A DNA stretch of 64,000 bases from Candidatus Magasanikiibacteriota bacterium (GCA_049287025.1 JBAQFA010000009.1:24802-88801); one strand, 5' to 3'. Shown: positions 8,758 to 19,689, numbered from the stretch's first letter. Made by a program: numbers and translations. Notes: generated from the letters alone by a model not told the origin.

Positions 8758-10122
8758 TTATTTTACATACTTCAATGGGTTCATTCTACTGCCGTTAATT
8801 CTCACTTCAAAGTGGATATGTGGACCAGTGGATCGGCCAGTAGAGCCCATGAGAGCAATGGTTTGTCCTTGAACAACTTCTTCACCAACAGACACAAACA
8901 ATCTAGAAGCATGTGCATAAACAGTTTGTATTCCACCGCCATTGTTTAGAATAATATAACAACCATAACCACTATTGTATCCGCATTGTGATTTTATAAC
9001 TGTACCAGCTTTGGTAGCATATAATGGTGTACCGACTGGACCAGCAATATCTAGACCAGTATGGCGCCAACTGTAGTATTGAGTAATTCTTCTGACTGAA
9101 GTTGGCCATAAGTAACCAGAGCCAATAGCCGTAGCTGAAGCAGGTGGAGCAGAAATATTACTCAATTGATTATATTGGCGAGTAGGTTGGGTGTAGGTAT
9201 AAACTGGTTGAGGCATTTTTCCTCCAGGAATCATAATTTCCTCACCAATTACCAAGTCAGATCCATCATCTTTTAATTTATTAAATTCTATAATTTTATC
9301 TGCTTCTGCACTGTAAGTTTTGGCAATTTTTGACAGAGTATCACCTTTTTTAATTTTATGAATAAGACCAGAAGTGGGTAAAATTTTTAATTTATCTCCC
9401 GGACGAATGTAAGAGCGGAGAGTTAGACTGTTTGACCATAATAAAGTATTGACATCAATATTATATTTTTCTGCGATAGTGCCAATTGTATCACCAGTTT
9501 CTACATTGTGAATAATAATTTCTTCTCGGCCAGTGTCATTACTACTATTTGTAATATTAGCGCCGGTAATGATATTTGGTTTGGTAATAGCTGTTCCACC
9601 CAAAGCAATACTCGCGATGTTAGTGGGTTGATTGGTAGTCTGTCCAGAAAGAGTTCGGGGTTGAATTTGAATAGCACCTTGTTGCCAGGAATTTTCCACT
9701 GGCTTGATTGTGACATTGGCAGAATCTATTGTTATTTCGGTCAAATCAAAATCTTGTTCTCCTGGTCCAACAATTTTATAAAGAATGGTGTCTCTGCCAG
9801 GGATTTTGGTGGTGTCACGAGCATAGAGACGAGTATGAGGAATAGCGATCACAAAAATAATAATAAAGAGAATAATTTGTAAAGTACCGCGTTTGCCAAA
9901 GAGCTCTATGGCTTTGCTGTTCCAAGGCATTTTTAAAATGCCCGCGTGTTTTTCTAGTTGAAATTTGGCTTTGTAAAAACGAAAGCCAATGGTATTACGA
10001 AACCAATTTAATATATAAAACAGACCATTGCCATTAATTCTTAAAAGCCAAAATAGGGCTTTTTTCAAATATGTTAGGCCACGTAGTATATAGAGGAGAA
10101 TTTTATAGCCAAGTCTTTGCAT
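8758..10122 (-). CDS. M23 family metallopeptidase with two LysM domains. The start is uncertain; an alternative Met lies at about 9933.
   Basis: There are two LysM repeats (GDTIGTIAEKYNI.., GDTLSKIAKTY..). The C-terminus is M23-type (GLDIAG..HIHFEVRINGSRMNPLKY). Confidence 0.8.
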   Translation of the reverse strand: MQRLGYKILLYILRGLTYLKKALFWLLRINGNGLFYILNWFRNTIGFRFYKAKFQLEKHAGILKMPWNSKAIELFGKRGTLQIILFIIIFVIAIPHTRLYARDTTKIPGRDTILYKIVGPGEQDFDLTEITIDSANVTIKPVENSWQQGAIQIQPRTLSGQTTNQPTNIASIALGGTAITKPNIITGANITNSSNDTGREEIIIHNVETGDTIGTIAEKYNIDVNTLLWSNSLTLRSYIRPGDKLKILPTSGLIHKIKKGDTLSKIAKTYSAEADKIIEFNKLKDDGSDLVIGEEIMIPGGKMPQPVYTYTQPTRQYNQLSNISAPPASATAIGSGYLWPTSVRRITQYYSWRHTGLDIAGPVGTPLYATKAGTVIKSQCGYNSGYGCYIILNNGGGIQTVYAHASRLFVSVGEEVVQGQTIALMGSTGRSTGPHIHFEVRINGSRMNPLKYVK

Positions 10123-10374
10123 AAAGTAGACAATATTATGCCTATAAAATGTGATTTTGTCAATTTTTTTATCGTTGTATAAGTGATTATTTTTGGCTAA
10201 TATAAGCTATTTTTTATTATTTTTAAGCTCGGGATAACTTTTTTAAAATATTGTTTTGGTTAGCTTTTTTTGGCTGTAGCAAAATTGACTTGTTTTGAAT
10301 TATTATATATAATAATGGCGCATAAAAAAGACGACAGAAAACGTCTTTATAATATTTATTCTTAATTATTTTCT

Positions 10375-12363
10375 ATGATTACGACATTGCTCGTACTTTT
10401 GCCAGCCTTGGCTGCCATACTTTATGGTGGAATTTTAATTGGCTGGATCAACAAACAGCCGGCCGGTTCAGAAAGAATGCAGGCCATTGCTAAGGCTATC
10501 CAAGAAGGCGCCAAAGCTTATCTCGGCAGACAATACAAGACTATTGCCATGGTGGCCGTAGTAGTATTTGTTTTGCTTTGGATTTTCTTAGGATTCAAAA
10601 CCGGTTTAGGTTTTGTGGTTGGGGCAACTTTTTCGGGAATTGCTGGTTATCTTGGTATGACTATTTCCGTCAAAGCCAATGTAAGGACAGCCGAAGCAGC
10701 CAAAAAAGGTTTTAAAGAAGCTTTGGACGTAGCCGTAAAAGGTGGTTCAATTACCGGCTTGTTAGTCGTGGGTTTGGGTTTGTTTGGAGTAGGAGCATTT
10801 TATTTAATTTTCAAAGATACTAATTCTTTAATTGGTTTAGCTTTTGGTGGTTCTCTAATTTCTATTTTTGCTCGTATTGGTGGCGGTATTTTTACCAAAG
10901 CCGCTGATGTTGGCGCTGACTTGGTCGGTAAAGTAGAAAAAGGTATTCCTGAAGATGATCCTCGCAATCCAGCGGTGATTGCTGATAATGTTGGCGACAA
11001 CGTCGGTGATTGTGCAGGTATGGCTGCTGACTTATTTGAAACTTATGCTGTGACAGCTGTAGCTGCTATGGTGCTTGGTGCCCTTACTTTTAAAGGTAAT
11101 GAAGAAGCAATTATTTTCCCATTAATCTTGGGTGGAATTTCTATTATTGGTTCAATCATCGGTACATTCTTTATTAGATTAGGCAAGACAAAAAATGTCA
11201 TGAATGCGCTTTATAAGGGTTTAGTTGTGTCGGGAGTTTTATCAATGATTGGTTTTTATTTTGCTAGTACAGTTTATAGTAAATATTTAAATTTAACAGT
11301 TAGTCAATTATTCTGGAGCGGTTTTATTGGTTTAGTTTTAACTGGTCTTATGGTTTGGATTACAGAGTATTATACCTCTACCAAATATGGTCCAGTAAAA
11401 AGTATTGCCAAAGCTTCTGAGACTGGTCATGGTACCAATGTGATTGCTGGTTTGGCTGTATCCATGAAAGCGACTGCTTTGCCAGTTCTATTCATTGCGG
11501 CTGCTATGCTTGGAGCTTATAGTTTGGCTGGTCTCTATGGTGTAGCTATTGCGGCTATGGCCATGTTGTCTATGACAGGAATTGTAGTGACAATTGATGC
11601 CTATGGTCCAATTACTGACAATGCTGGTGGTATTGCGGAAATGGCTGAGCTCGGTGATGAAGTGAGAGCAGTCACTGATCCATTAGATGCCGTTGGAAAT
11701 ACTACCAAAGCTGTGACAAAAGGTTATGCGATTGCCTCAGCTGCTCTGGCCGCTCTAGTTTTATTTGCCGATTACACTCACAAATTGGCTGAGAATGGTA
11801 TTTCTACAGTTTTTAGAATTGATGATCCAAAAGTTTTGGTTGGTTTGTTTATTGGTGGCTTACTGCCATATTTATTTGGTTCATTTTTAATGGAATCAGT
11901 TGGCAAGGTGGCGGGTAAAGTAGTAGAAGAAGTTCGTCGCCAGTTCAAAGAAATTGCGGGAATAATGGAAGGCAATGCCAAACCAGATTATGCCAAGTGT
12001 GTGGACATCGTAACCAAAGGAGCAATCGGTCAAATGGTTTTACCAGCTTTGATTCCAATAGTAGCACCGATTTTAGTTGGCCTAATTTTAGGACCAGCCG
12101 CTCTTGGTGGTTTATTGGTAGGTACAATCGTGACTGGTTTGTTTGTCGCAATTTCCATGACAGCGGGTGGTGGTGCTTGGGACAATGCCAAAAAATATAT
12201 TGAAAATGGTAATTACGGTGGCAAAGGATCTTTTGCTCACCAAGCGGCTGTTACAGGTGACACAGTTGGTGATCCATACAAAGATACTGCTGGTCCAGCC
12301 ATTAATCCGATGATTAAGGTGGCGAATATAGTTGCATTGTTGATTGTGGGGTTGTTGAAATAG
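10375..12363 (+). CDS. hppA: Membrane-bound H+/Na+-translocating pyrophosphatase
   Basis: 662 aa and polytopic. Diagnostic motifs [19 protein letters not shown] and [19 protein letters not shown] are present. Confidence 0.9.
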   Translation: MITTLLVLLPALAAILYGGILIGWINKQPAGSERMQAIAKAIQEGAKAYLGRQYKTIAMVAVVVFVLLWIFLGFKTGLGFVVGATFSGIAGYLGMTISVKANVRTAEAAKKGFKEALDVAVKGGSITGLLVVGLGLFGVGAFYLIFKDTNSLIGLAFGGSLISIFARIGGGIFTKAADVGADLVGKVEKGIPEDDPRNPAVIADNVGDNVGDCAGMAADLFETYAVTAVAAMVLGALTFKGNEEAIIFPLILGGISIIGSIIGTFFIRLGKTKNVMNALYKGLVVSGVLSMIGFYFASTVYSKYLNLTVSQLFWSGFIGLVLTGLMVWITEYYTSTKYGPVKSIAKASETGHGTNVIAGLAVSMKATALPVLFIAAAMLGAYSLAGLYGVAIAAMAMLSMTGIVVTIDAYGPITDNAGGIAEMAELGDEVRAVTDPLDAVGNTTKAVTKGYAIASAALAALVLFADYTHKLAENGISTVFRIDDPKVLVGLFIGGLLPYLFGSFLMESVGKVAGKVVEEVRRQFKEIAGIMEGNAKPDYAKCVDIVTKGAIGQMVLPALIPIVAPILVGLILGPAALGGLLVGTIVTGLFVAISMTAGGGAWDNAKKYIENGNYGGKGSFAHQAAVTGDTVGDPYKDTAGPAINPMIKVANIVALLIVGLLK

Positions 12364-12424
12364 ACACGGATTATACGGAATTAAAGGATTATACGGAAAA
12401 TAAGAAAAATTAAAACACTCTGCT

Positions 12425-12458
12425 AAATTGGCAGGGTGTTTTTTTTGTTTAACACTTT
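12425..12458 (+). terminator. hppA terminator. Its tail is duplicated at 13731-13751 (see findings).
   Basis: CACtCTGC..GCAGGGTG stem followed by T8-G-TTT. Confidence 0.5.
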
Positions 12459-12616
12459 TTAAATCGTAAACTTGACTTATCATATAAAATATAGTATAAA
12501 TGTATGTCCGATAGACTTGTTGTCTGTCGTTTTGGTATATAAGGCAACTTTGCTTTGTTGTTGTGTGTGCTTGAGTGAACAACCATAATCCTTGGATGGG
12601 AGGTGAGACAGGGGAA

Positions 12617-13588
12617 ATGGCAAAGGATCTTTCGGAGAGAAAATTTCGAAGCACCGTGCGGTATGTGCGACGTCTATTGGGGGGTGGGACTGGTATTGTG
12701 ACTGCTCAACAGCTTCAGAAGGCTGGAAAACGAGCTCGCGGTCCTTTCTTTGACCCCAGAGACCATGGTCTGGTTCGTCCGTTCTTGGAGCGTGGAGCCG
12801 AAGAAGGACTCTGGGTGCTTGAGAACGGCGGTGGTCGGGCTGTCGTACCTGATGGTGTGTGGGAACAGTGGGATAGTCGTGGCGAGAGACGGCGTGAGGA
12901 ACGTCAGTCACAAGTTACGGCTCAAGCAGGAACCCGGCCAGCTTCAGTGCTGGCATCACTAGAGGAGGTCTCTATGACCGACGGTACGAAGAAGGGGGTG
13001 GGCGTATCCCCGAAAAATCCTATCTGGGTTTGGCTTCGGGCCAAGAAGGGTAGGTTGGGAGAGCTCATCGAGCTGTTCCAGGGGGTCCATGATGGTGCTC
13101 CGGTTCTCGCCAAGAAGGGTGGGGCTTTGAGTTTCCATTTTGCCCGCCCGCACCTAGTTCGGGGCCTGCAGAAGCTCGGGATGGAGCAGATCGACGATGG
13201 GTCAAAGATCCTGGCCACGGTCTTCTCCTACCTCGCCACGCCTGAGCAGGGGGTATTCGAGCGTGTGGGTTCTGGTGGGTACCCCCGCTACAAGCTCGGG
13301 CCGAAAGGGCAGAAGCTCTTGACCGAGGTCAGGAGCAGGGGCTCTGAGCCCATGCCACCGCCCGTTCCGTCCACGTCACCGACCGCTGCCCCCAGCCCGG
13401 GTGACCCGTTCGCCGAGGAGGAGGCCGCTCTCGTGGCCAAGCTCGAGGCGGTCCGTGCCAAACGCCGGCGCTTCATCGTGGTCGAGGACCTCGTGGTCAA
13501 GGCCATGAAGAAGGCCGGCATCGAGGGGACAGAGCAAGTTGAGTTCCTCAAGGCGCTCGTCAAAAAGCTCGGGGGTTCCTCCGAGTAG
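12617..13588 (+). CDS. Hypothetical protein encoded in a GC-rich foreign island
   Basis: About 323 aa. The segment is roughly 65-70% GC against roughly 38% in the flanks. A strong SD GGGAGGTGA precedes the ATG at 12617. The product has a basic N-terminus, a Pro/Ala-rich linker and a C-terminal helical domain. I recognise no domain. Confidence 0.5.
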   Translation: MAKDLSERKFRSTVRYVRRLLGGGTGIVTAQQLQKAGKRARGPFFDPRDHGLVRPFLERGAEEGLWVLENGGGRAVVPDGVWEQWDSRGERRREERQSQVTAQAGTRPASVLASLEEVSMTDGTKKGVGVSPKNPIWVWLRAKKGRLGELIELFQGVHDGAPVLAKKGGALSFHFARPHLVRGLQKLGMEQIDDGSKILATVFSYLATPEQGVFERVGSGGYPRYKLGPKGQKLLTEVRSRGSEPMPPPVPSTSPTAAPSPGDPFAEEEAALVAKLEAVRAKRRRFIVVEDLVVKAMKKAGIEGTEQVEFLKALVKKLGGSSE

Positions 13589-13795
13589 TCAAATCTCTAG
13601 GCAGTCTTGACTGCCTACGACATCGTTCTTTCAACCTGTCCCGTTCGGGACACCAAAGTCAGGGAAGTGAGTATCACTCCACATCGGAGCGTACCTTCCC
13701 TGGCGCTCCATCAAAAGAACATCTCTAGTTAGGTGTTTTTTTGTTTAACATTGATTTTACAGATTTTAAAAAAGATTTTATTTTATAAAAATTAT

Positions 13796-14527
13796 TTATT
13801 TCAAACTGTTCCACAACATCTCCCAAACAAGACGTTGGTTATCAGCATTGGCTTGGTCTTCAATAATGACTAGGATCATACTCTCCCAAGAAACAGTCAT
13901 TACTCGATTGCCATAAATAACAGTGTGACTTTTGAATGATTTACCTTCGGGTAAAAATTTTACTTCACGTAATTCTTCTGTGGCACGTCTAGCTTCTAAA
14001 ATACCGGATTTGGATTTTTCCACAATTATTTTTGCTTTAACCCCTAATGAAATTCGTTCGTTGGTTAATTTTTTATACTCTTCTGGAAAAGTTGTTAATA
14101 GTTTTTCTGATGAACCATATACCAAATTTTCTTTTAGATTTACTTTGTGTCTAATCCTGTCTAGATAAGCATTCCATACATTTTTTCTACCCTCAAAATA
14201 TAATACTTTTGGTTTGTTGGCACCTTTGTTTTGTAAAGCCTCAAGTTCTGGTATTAGATCAGCAAAAAGTTGCTCTTTGTAACGAAGTGAATCCAAAAAT
14301 TTTTCTGGTTCCATGGCCACAAAATATCTTTTTCTGCCTTTGTTAACCACATTCATTAAGCCTTTAAGAATTAATTTTTCTATAATGTCGTATGTAGTTA
14401 CTCTATGTATGCCGGCTTTTTGAGCAATTGTCTGGACTGAAGCATGACCAAGCTCTAAGGTGGCTAAGTAAATTTCGGCCTCTTTGGCATCTAGACCAAA
14501 TTGTTGTAATTGATTAGGTAAAATCAT
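13796..14527 (-). CDS. TrmB-family wHTH transcriptional regulator (paralog 1)
   Basis: The N-terminus FGLDAKEAEIYLATLELGHASVQTIAQKAGIHRVTTYDIIEKL is a canonical TrmB HTH. It is divergent from the ABC transporter operon. The start is chosen at MILPNQ. Confidence 0.75.
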   Translation of the reverse strand: MILPNQLQQFGLDAKEAEIYLATLELGHASVQTIAQKAGIHRVTTYDIIEKLILKGLMNVVNKGRKRYFVAMEPEKFLDSLRYKEQLFADLIPELEALQNKGANKPKVLYFEGRKNVWNAYLDRIRHKVNLKENLVYGSSEKLLTTFPEEYKKLTNERISLGVKAKIIVEKSKSGILEARRATEELREVKFLPEGKSFKSHTVIYGNRVMTVSWESMILVIIEDQANADNQRLVWEMLWNSLK

Positions 14528-14639
14528 AAAATGTTGTAGGAAAAGTTCTACATTTTTCATTATATCTATTTACAATAAATAAGTCAATCTGCTAATCTAA
14601 TGTAGTATATTATCGACATAATTAATTTAAAATAATACT

Positions 14640-15674
14640 ATGAGAAAAAAATATCTAATTTGGGCAGTTGTGGCAGTGGCCATAATAATGGTTGGCTATT
14701 TAACAATTAGTAGAATACAACAAAATTCAAATCAGTCCGTCAGCTCTAACCAAGAAAAAATACTAGATGTAAAATTAGGTTTAAGTATTCAGCCATCAAA
14801 TGGTTTGTTGTGGGTAGCAGTAGATAAAAATTTTTTTCTAGAAGAAGGTTTGAATGTACAAGTGCAAGAATTTGCCGCTGGAAAATTGGCTTTGCAAGCT
14901 ATGCTTGGTGGATCAGTGGATTTAACTACCCCGGCTGAATTTCCTGTGGTTTTGGCTAGCGTGAATGGAGAAAAACTTTCTATTCTAACCCAAGTCAATG
15001 AAACCAGCGGAGGGTTTCCTATGATTTTTCGCAAAGACAATGAGGAAACATTTAATACTTCTACTTATTTTATTAAAAAAAGAAAAATTGGCACGTCAGT
15101 TGGTGGTGGGCCAGAATATTTTACTCAAGATTTTTTTAATAAGTATCAGATTAAACCCAGCCAATATGAAATTGTCGGAATGAAACCTGAAGATTTACCT
15201 ATTGCTTTGGTAAATGGTAGTATAGATGCTATGGCAATTTTTGAACCCTTTACTCATTTTGCGATTGAACGCGCGGGAGCAGAAAATTTATTTGTTATTT
15301 ATGACGAAGATTTATATTCCGAAACCATTGTTTTAACAGGTAAAACTGATTGGGTCAAGACTCATAATGAAGAAGTGAACAGATTCATTCGGGCTTTAAA
15401 AAAGTCTTATGATTTTATTAAAAGTAATCCTGATGAGGCCATGACTTCAGTAGCACTTCATACCAAATTGGATTTGGCAACTGTAATAAGCATCTGGCCA
15501 ACTTTTACTTATGAACTTGGTTTACAGAAAAAATTAATTGCCTCTATGGAGAATGAAGCTAAGTGGGCTAGTGAAACAGGCAAAACAAAAAATGAGATAA
15601 GTGGCATAGATTTTCAGCAAATTTTATTTCCTGAACCTTTACAAGCATTGCTGCCAGGTTTGGTGAATTTATGA
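14640..15674 (+). CDS. ABC transporter substrate-binding protein, NMT1/SsuA-like
   Basis: It has a signal/TM segment and an SsuA/TauA/NMT1-like periplasmic binding fold. It is the first gene of a three-gene ABC operon. Confidence 0.65.
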   Translation: MRKKYLIWAVVAVAIIMVGYLTISRIQQNSNQSVSSNQEKILDVKLGLSIQPSNGLLWVAVDKNFFLEEGLNVQVQEFAAGKLALQAMLGGSVDLTTPAEFPVVLASVNGEKLSILTQVNETSGGFPMIFRKDNEETFNTSTYFIKKRKIGTSVGGGPEYFTQDFFNKYQIKPSQYEIVGMKPEDLPIALVNGSIDAMAIFEPFTHFAIERAGAENLFVIYDEDLYSETIVLTGKTDWVKTHNEEVNRFIRALKKSYDFIKSNPDEAMTSVALHTKLDLATVISIWPTFTYELGLQKKLIASMENEAKWASETGKTKNEISGIDFQQILFPEPLQALLPGLVNL

Positions 15675-16462
15675 AATTAAAGAAAATATTTTTATACATT
15701 TTACCCACTTTCATTTTTTTACTGTTTTGGGAGTGGGTCTCACGCAAAGGGCCTGTCAATCAGGTCCTTTTTCCTCCACCATCAGAAGTTGTCATTTCTT
15801 GGTTGAATTTAGTAAAAGATAATATTCTTTTACCAGATATTGAAGTAAGTTTGAAGCGTTTATTTTTTGGTTTGGTTATTGGTAGTACAGTTGCCATTAT
15901 TACTGGTTTATTAACTGGCAGAATAAAAAAAATTCATAATATTATCACACCTTTTATTCAAGCCATACGACCTTTGCCAGCCGTGGCCGTTATTCCTTTA
16001 GTAATTGTTTGGCTGGGTATTGGAGACACGGCAAAAATATTCACGATTGCCTTTGGATCATTTTTTCCTATTTGGTTAAATACTCATGTGGGTGCTGAAC
16101 AAATACCAAGGATATTTTTGTGGTCAGCCAGATTGTTAAATCTCTCCCCACTTAAACTATTTACGAAAGTGATTTTTCCAGCGGCGTTGCCCTTTATTTT
16201 AACAGGTGTTCGTACTGGGGCAGCCACAGCTTATGCTATGGTGTTTGTTTCAGAGTTGGCCGGTGCTTCCAGTGGTATTGGCTATAGAGTTGCCGTAGCT
16301 CAATTGGTTTATCGTACTGATCAGATGATGGCTGCTTTAGTTACCTTGGGAATTTTAGGAGCTTTAACTGATTTATTAATTGTTTTTATAAGCAAAAAAT
16401 TAACCCCTTGGATTAAAAATCATGAACATGAGCCAAATTATCATCAAAAATTTATCAGTTAA
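15671..16462 (+). CDS. ABC transporter permease, SsuC/TauC-like
   Basis: 263 aa with six TM segments and a binding-protein-dependent transport EAA-like loop. It overlaps its neighbours. Confidence 0.75.
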   Translation: MKLKKIFLYILPTFIFLLFWEWVSRKGPVNQVLFPPPSEVVISWLNLVKDNILLPDIEVSLKRLFFGLVIGSTVAIITGLLTGRIKKIHNIITPFIQAIRPLPAVAVIPLVIVWLGIGDTAKIFTIAFGSFFPIWLNTHVGAEQIPRIFLWSARLLNLSPLKLFTKVIFPAALPFILTGVRTGAATAYAMVFVSELAGASSGIGYRVAVAQLVYRTDQMMAALVTLGILGALTDLLIVFISKKLTPWIKNHEHEPNYHQKFIS

Positions 16463-17123
16463 ACGCGGAGAAAATTTTATTTTAAAAAATCTTGATTTGG
16501 CAATTCAAAAGGGTGAATTTGTGGCAATAGTTGGCAAGTCTGGCAGTGGCAAAACTACTTTTCTTCACACTTTGGCTGATTTTTTGCCTTTTTCTGGAGA
16601 TATTATTATCCCCTCTAATTTGGGAATGGTTTTTCAAGAGTATAGTATTTTTCCTTGGTTAACTGTGGAAAAAAATATTTCGCTTGGTTTGGATAAATAT
16701 CATCCTGATAAAAGAAAAGAAATAGTTGAAGAACATCTGGTTTTAACAGAACTGGAACACAAGCGTGATTCCTACTCAGCTGAACTTTCTGGTGGACAAA
16801 TTCAACGAGTAGCCATTGCCCGTTCACTAGCGCCCGATCCCGAGGTGTTATTAATGGATGAGCCATATAGTGCCTTAGATGCTCACACTAGATATAAAAT
16901 GCAAGAATGGCTTTTGGAAGTGTGGCAAAAGAAACAAAAAACCATAGTTTTTGTCACTCACAATATTGAGGAGGCGATATTTTTGGCTGATCGTATATTG
17001 GTTTTGAACCAGGGTAATTTTGTTCATGAATTTATTGTTCCATTTGTTAGGCCCAGGGTAGATGATATGAGATTTACAATGGAATTCAATTTACTAAATC
17101 AAAGGATTAAGTCTTTTTTGTAA
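16422..17123 (+). CDS. ABC transporter ATP-binding protein
   Basis: Walker A GKSGSGKTT, signature LSGGQIQRVAIARSL and Walker B LLMDEP. Confidence 0.85.
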   Translation: MNMSQIIIKNLSVKRGENFILKNLDLAIQKGEFVAIVGKSGSGKTTFLHTLADFLPFSGDIIIPSNLGMVFQEYSIFPWLTVEKNISLGLDKYHPDKRKEIVEEHLVLTELEHKRDSYSAELSGGQIQRVAIARSLAPDPEVLLMDEPYSALDAHTRYKMQEWLLEVWQKKQKTIVFVTHNIEEAIFLADRILVLNQGNFVHEFIVPFVRPRVDDMRFTMEFNLLNQRIKSFL

Positions 17124-17225
17124 TAAATGTAAAATGACATAAATAAACATTCTTATAAATGGGGTGTTTTTTTGTTTTCAAAAATGTGCTAGAATATAGG
17201 AGATAATTTTTATTAATCATTATAT

Positions 17226-19670
17226 ATGGGAAGACGAGGACGAGGGAGACAATCAAATTTAGACCCGGTTTTATCCCGGGGCATTTTAGCCATTGTAGTC
17301 GCGATTGCCGCCATTATTTTTGGGCTTAGTTTTTTTGGCAAAGCGGGCGCAGTGGGAATCATGCTTGATGAATATGTGTTAAGTTTTTTGTTTGGATCAA
17401 TCCGCTATACTGTACCATTTGTTATGTTGGTGCTTGCTTGGTATTTGGTGCGCGACACAGAATATAATTATCATCCTACTCACGGCATTGGCGCGATTTT
17501 ATTTTTTTTGAGTCTGGCCAGTTTTATGCATATCAAGTTTGAACCAAGTGAAATGTGGACGATGTCCCTGGATGGTTTTGGTGGTGGTATATTTGGTATG
17601 TTTGCTTGGCCACTCAAAATGTATTTGGGTGCGATTGCTGGTAAAGTAATTTTGGTCGGTATGGTGGCTGTTGGTTTCTTTTTAATTTTTAATACTTCGT
17701 TTGCGCATTTTGTTTTGATCAACAAAAAGATTTTTGCCGGCTTGGGCTGGGTTGGTAAATCAATTTTAAAATTATTTGGTTTATTTGTAGAAAAAAATAA
17801 AAAACATTTACAGGTTAACGGTGATTATGATGAAGATGGTGAAGATGTGGATGATTTGGCAGATAATGAAGACGAAGGAAACTCTTCGGCTAACGCTCAG
17901 AGTGAAGAAGAAAATATTGATGAAGATGAAAATACTAAAAAAGTTTTTGCCAAAAAAATTATTGGTTCAACTGATGATAATTCTTCTGATGAAAATAATT
18001 CTTCGGAAGACGCAAAGAGTGAAGAGGATGGTGTAGCAGCTTGGCAGAGAAATGTGGTAATAAAAAATTTACCTAATTATGATCTGTTAAATAGTAAGCG
18101 AAGTAAGCCAACGAGTGGAGACATCAAAGCTAATGCCCAAACTATTCATGATACTTTTCAAGAATTTAATATTGGCGTGGAAATGGGCGAAGTACGCGTG
18201 GGTCCGACCGTCACTCAGTATTCTCTCAAACCAGACAAAGGTATCAAACTAACTCGCATTACAACTTTGTCCAATGATTTATCTTTGGCTCTGGCCGCTC
18301 ATCCGATTAGAATTGAAGCACCAATTCCAGGCAAATCTTTAGTCGGGATTGAAGTGCCCAATTTTAAAGCTGCCATGGTGACACTCAAAGAACTTTTGGA
18401 AAGTAAAGAATTTGTAACTCGCGAACACAACTTAATGATTGCCCTGGGTAAAGATGTTTCAGGTAAAGTTTGGTTTGCGGATTTGCCCCGTATGCCTCAC
18501 CTGTTAGTAGCTGGTGCGACTGGTTCTGGTAAAACAGTATGTATCAATACAATTATCATGAGTTTACTTTATCAAAATACAGCCGAGACATTGCGTTTGA
18601 TCATGGTTGATCCAAAACGGGTAGAGTTAACACCATACAATGGTATTCCTCATTTACTTACCCCAGTCATTACCAATGTCCAAAAAACTGTTAACGCTCT
18701 CAAATGGTGTATTGGAGAAATGGATCGTCGGTTTGAATTATTTTCCAAATCCCATAGCCGTGATATTGGTTCATACAACAGCAAACATCCCAATGAAAAA
18801 ATACCTCATATTGTGTTTGTAATAGATGAACTAGCTGACTTAATGGCCTCCGCTGCGTCCGAAGTGGAAGCCGGGATTATTAGAATTGCCCAGATGGCTC
18901 GGGCAGTTGGAATTCACCTCATTGTCGCAACTCAACGCCCGTCAGTGGACATTATCACTGGTCTTATGAAGGCTAACATTCCAGCTAGAATTGCTTTTTC
19001 GGTAGCGTCTATTATTGATTCACGGACAATTTTGGATTGCCCTGGTGCAGACAAATTACTTGGCCGAGGTGATATGTTATTTTTAACTGCCGAGTTATCC
19101 AAGCCAGTGCGTGTTCAAGGAGCATTTGTTTCAGAACAAGAAGTTCATAATGTTGCGGATTATCTAAAAGGCGATGGTAAGGTAGAATATGATGAATCGA
19201 TTGTAGAAAAACCAACAGCCGGAACCATGAATATGTTTGGTGGTAGTTCTGATGACCAAGATCCTTTGTTTGAAGAATCCAGACAAGCCATTATTCAAGC
19301 TGGTAAAGCGAGTGCTTCATTTTTACAACGTCGTTTAAAAATTGGTTATGCTCGAGCCGCCAGAATTCTAGATGAATTAGAAGCAGCGGGAATTATTGGT
19401 CCAGGTGATGGCGCCAAACCACGAGAGATTTTGACCACCGAAGTTGAGGTGGAAAATAGTGATATGGGTATGGGACAAAAATTTAATGTTTTTGGTGGTA
19501 GTGAAGAAATCGTTGAAGAAACTAATAGTGATGAAGAGGTAGTTGAAGAAGAAAACAATCCAGATGAAGAAATTTTAGAAGATGGTGTTGAAAGTGAAGA
19601 AGAGAATGAAAATGATGAAGACATTGATGAGAACGAGGAAAAAAAGGAAGATGAAGTGGGGCTGTATTAA
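17226..19670 (+). CDS. ftsK: DNA translocase FtsK/SpoIIIE with an acidic low-complexity linker and an about 80-aa acidic C-terminal tail
   Basis: It has N-terminal TM segments, a motor domain (GATGSGKTVCINTII) and a gamma wHTH domain (LQRRLKIGYARAARILDELE). Confidence 0.9.
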   Translation: MGRRGRGRQSNLDPVLSRGILAIVVAIAAIIFGLSFFGKAGAVGIMLDEYVLSFLFGSIRYTVPFVMLVLAWYLVRDTEYNYHPTHGIGAILFFLSLASFMHIKFEPSEMWTMSLDGFGGGIFGMFAWPLKMYLGAIAGKVILVGMVAVGFFLIFNTSFAHFVLINKKIFAGLGWVGKSILKLFGLFVEKNKKHLQVNGDYDEDGEDVDDLADNEDEGNSSANAQSEEENIDEDENTKKVFAKKIIGSTDDNSSDENNSSEDAKSEEDGVAAWQRNVVIKNLPNYDLLNSKRSKPTSGDIKANAQTIHDTFQEFNIGVEMGEVRVGPTVTQYSLKPDKGIKLTRITTLSNDLSLALAAHPIRIEAPIPGKSLVGIEVPNFKAAMVTLKELLESKEFVTREHNLMIALGKDVSGKVWFADLPRMPHLLVAGATGSGKTVCINTIIMSLLYQNTAETLRLIMVDPKRVELTPYNGIPHLLTPVITNVQKTVNALKWCIGEMDRRFELFSKSHSRDIGSYNSKHPNEKIPHIVFVIDELADLMASAASEVEAGIIRIAQMARAVGIHLIVATQRPSVDIITGLMKANIPARIAFSVASIIDSRTILDCPGADKLLGRGDMLFLTAELSKPVRVQGAFVSEQEVHNVADYLKGDGKVEYDESIVEKPTAGTMNMFGGSSDDQDPLFEESRQAIIQAGKASASFLQRRLKIGYARAARILDELEAAGIIGPGDGAKPREILTTEVEVENSDMGMGQKFNVFGGSEEIVEETNSDEEVVEEENNPDEEILEDGVESEEENENDEDIDENEEKKEDEVGLY

Positions 19671-19689
19671 ATAAAATTGTAATTAGTAA

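Noticed and set aside
12480-13563. Several long minus-strand ORFs (143, 98 and 91 aa) in the GC island
   Set aside because: High GC suppresses stop codons in all frames. The plus-strand 323-aa ORF is longest and has a strong SD, so the others are treated as shadows.
17821-18036. 71-aa ORF and other out-of-frame ORFs within ftsK
   Set aside because: These are alternative-frame readings of the acidic repeat linker of ftsK. There is no independent support.
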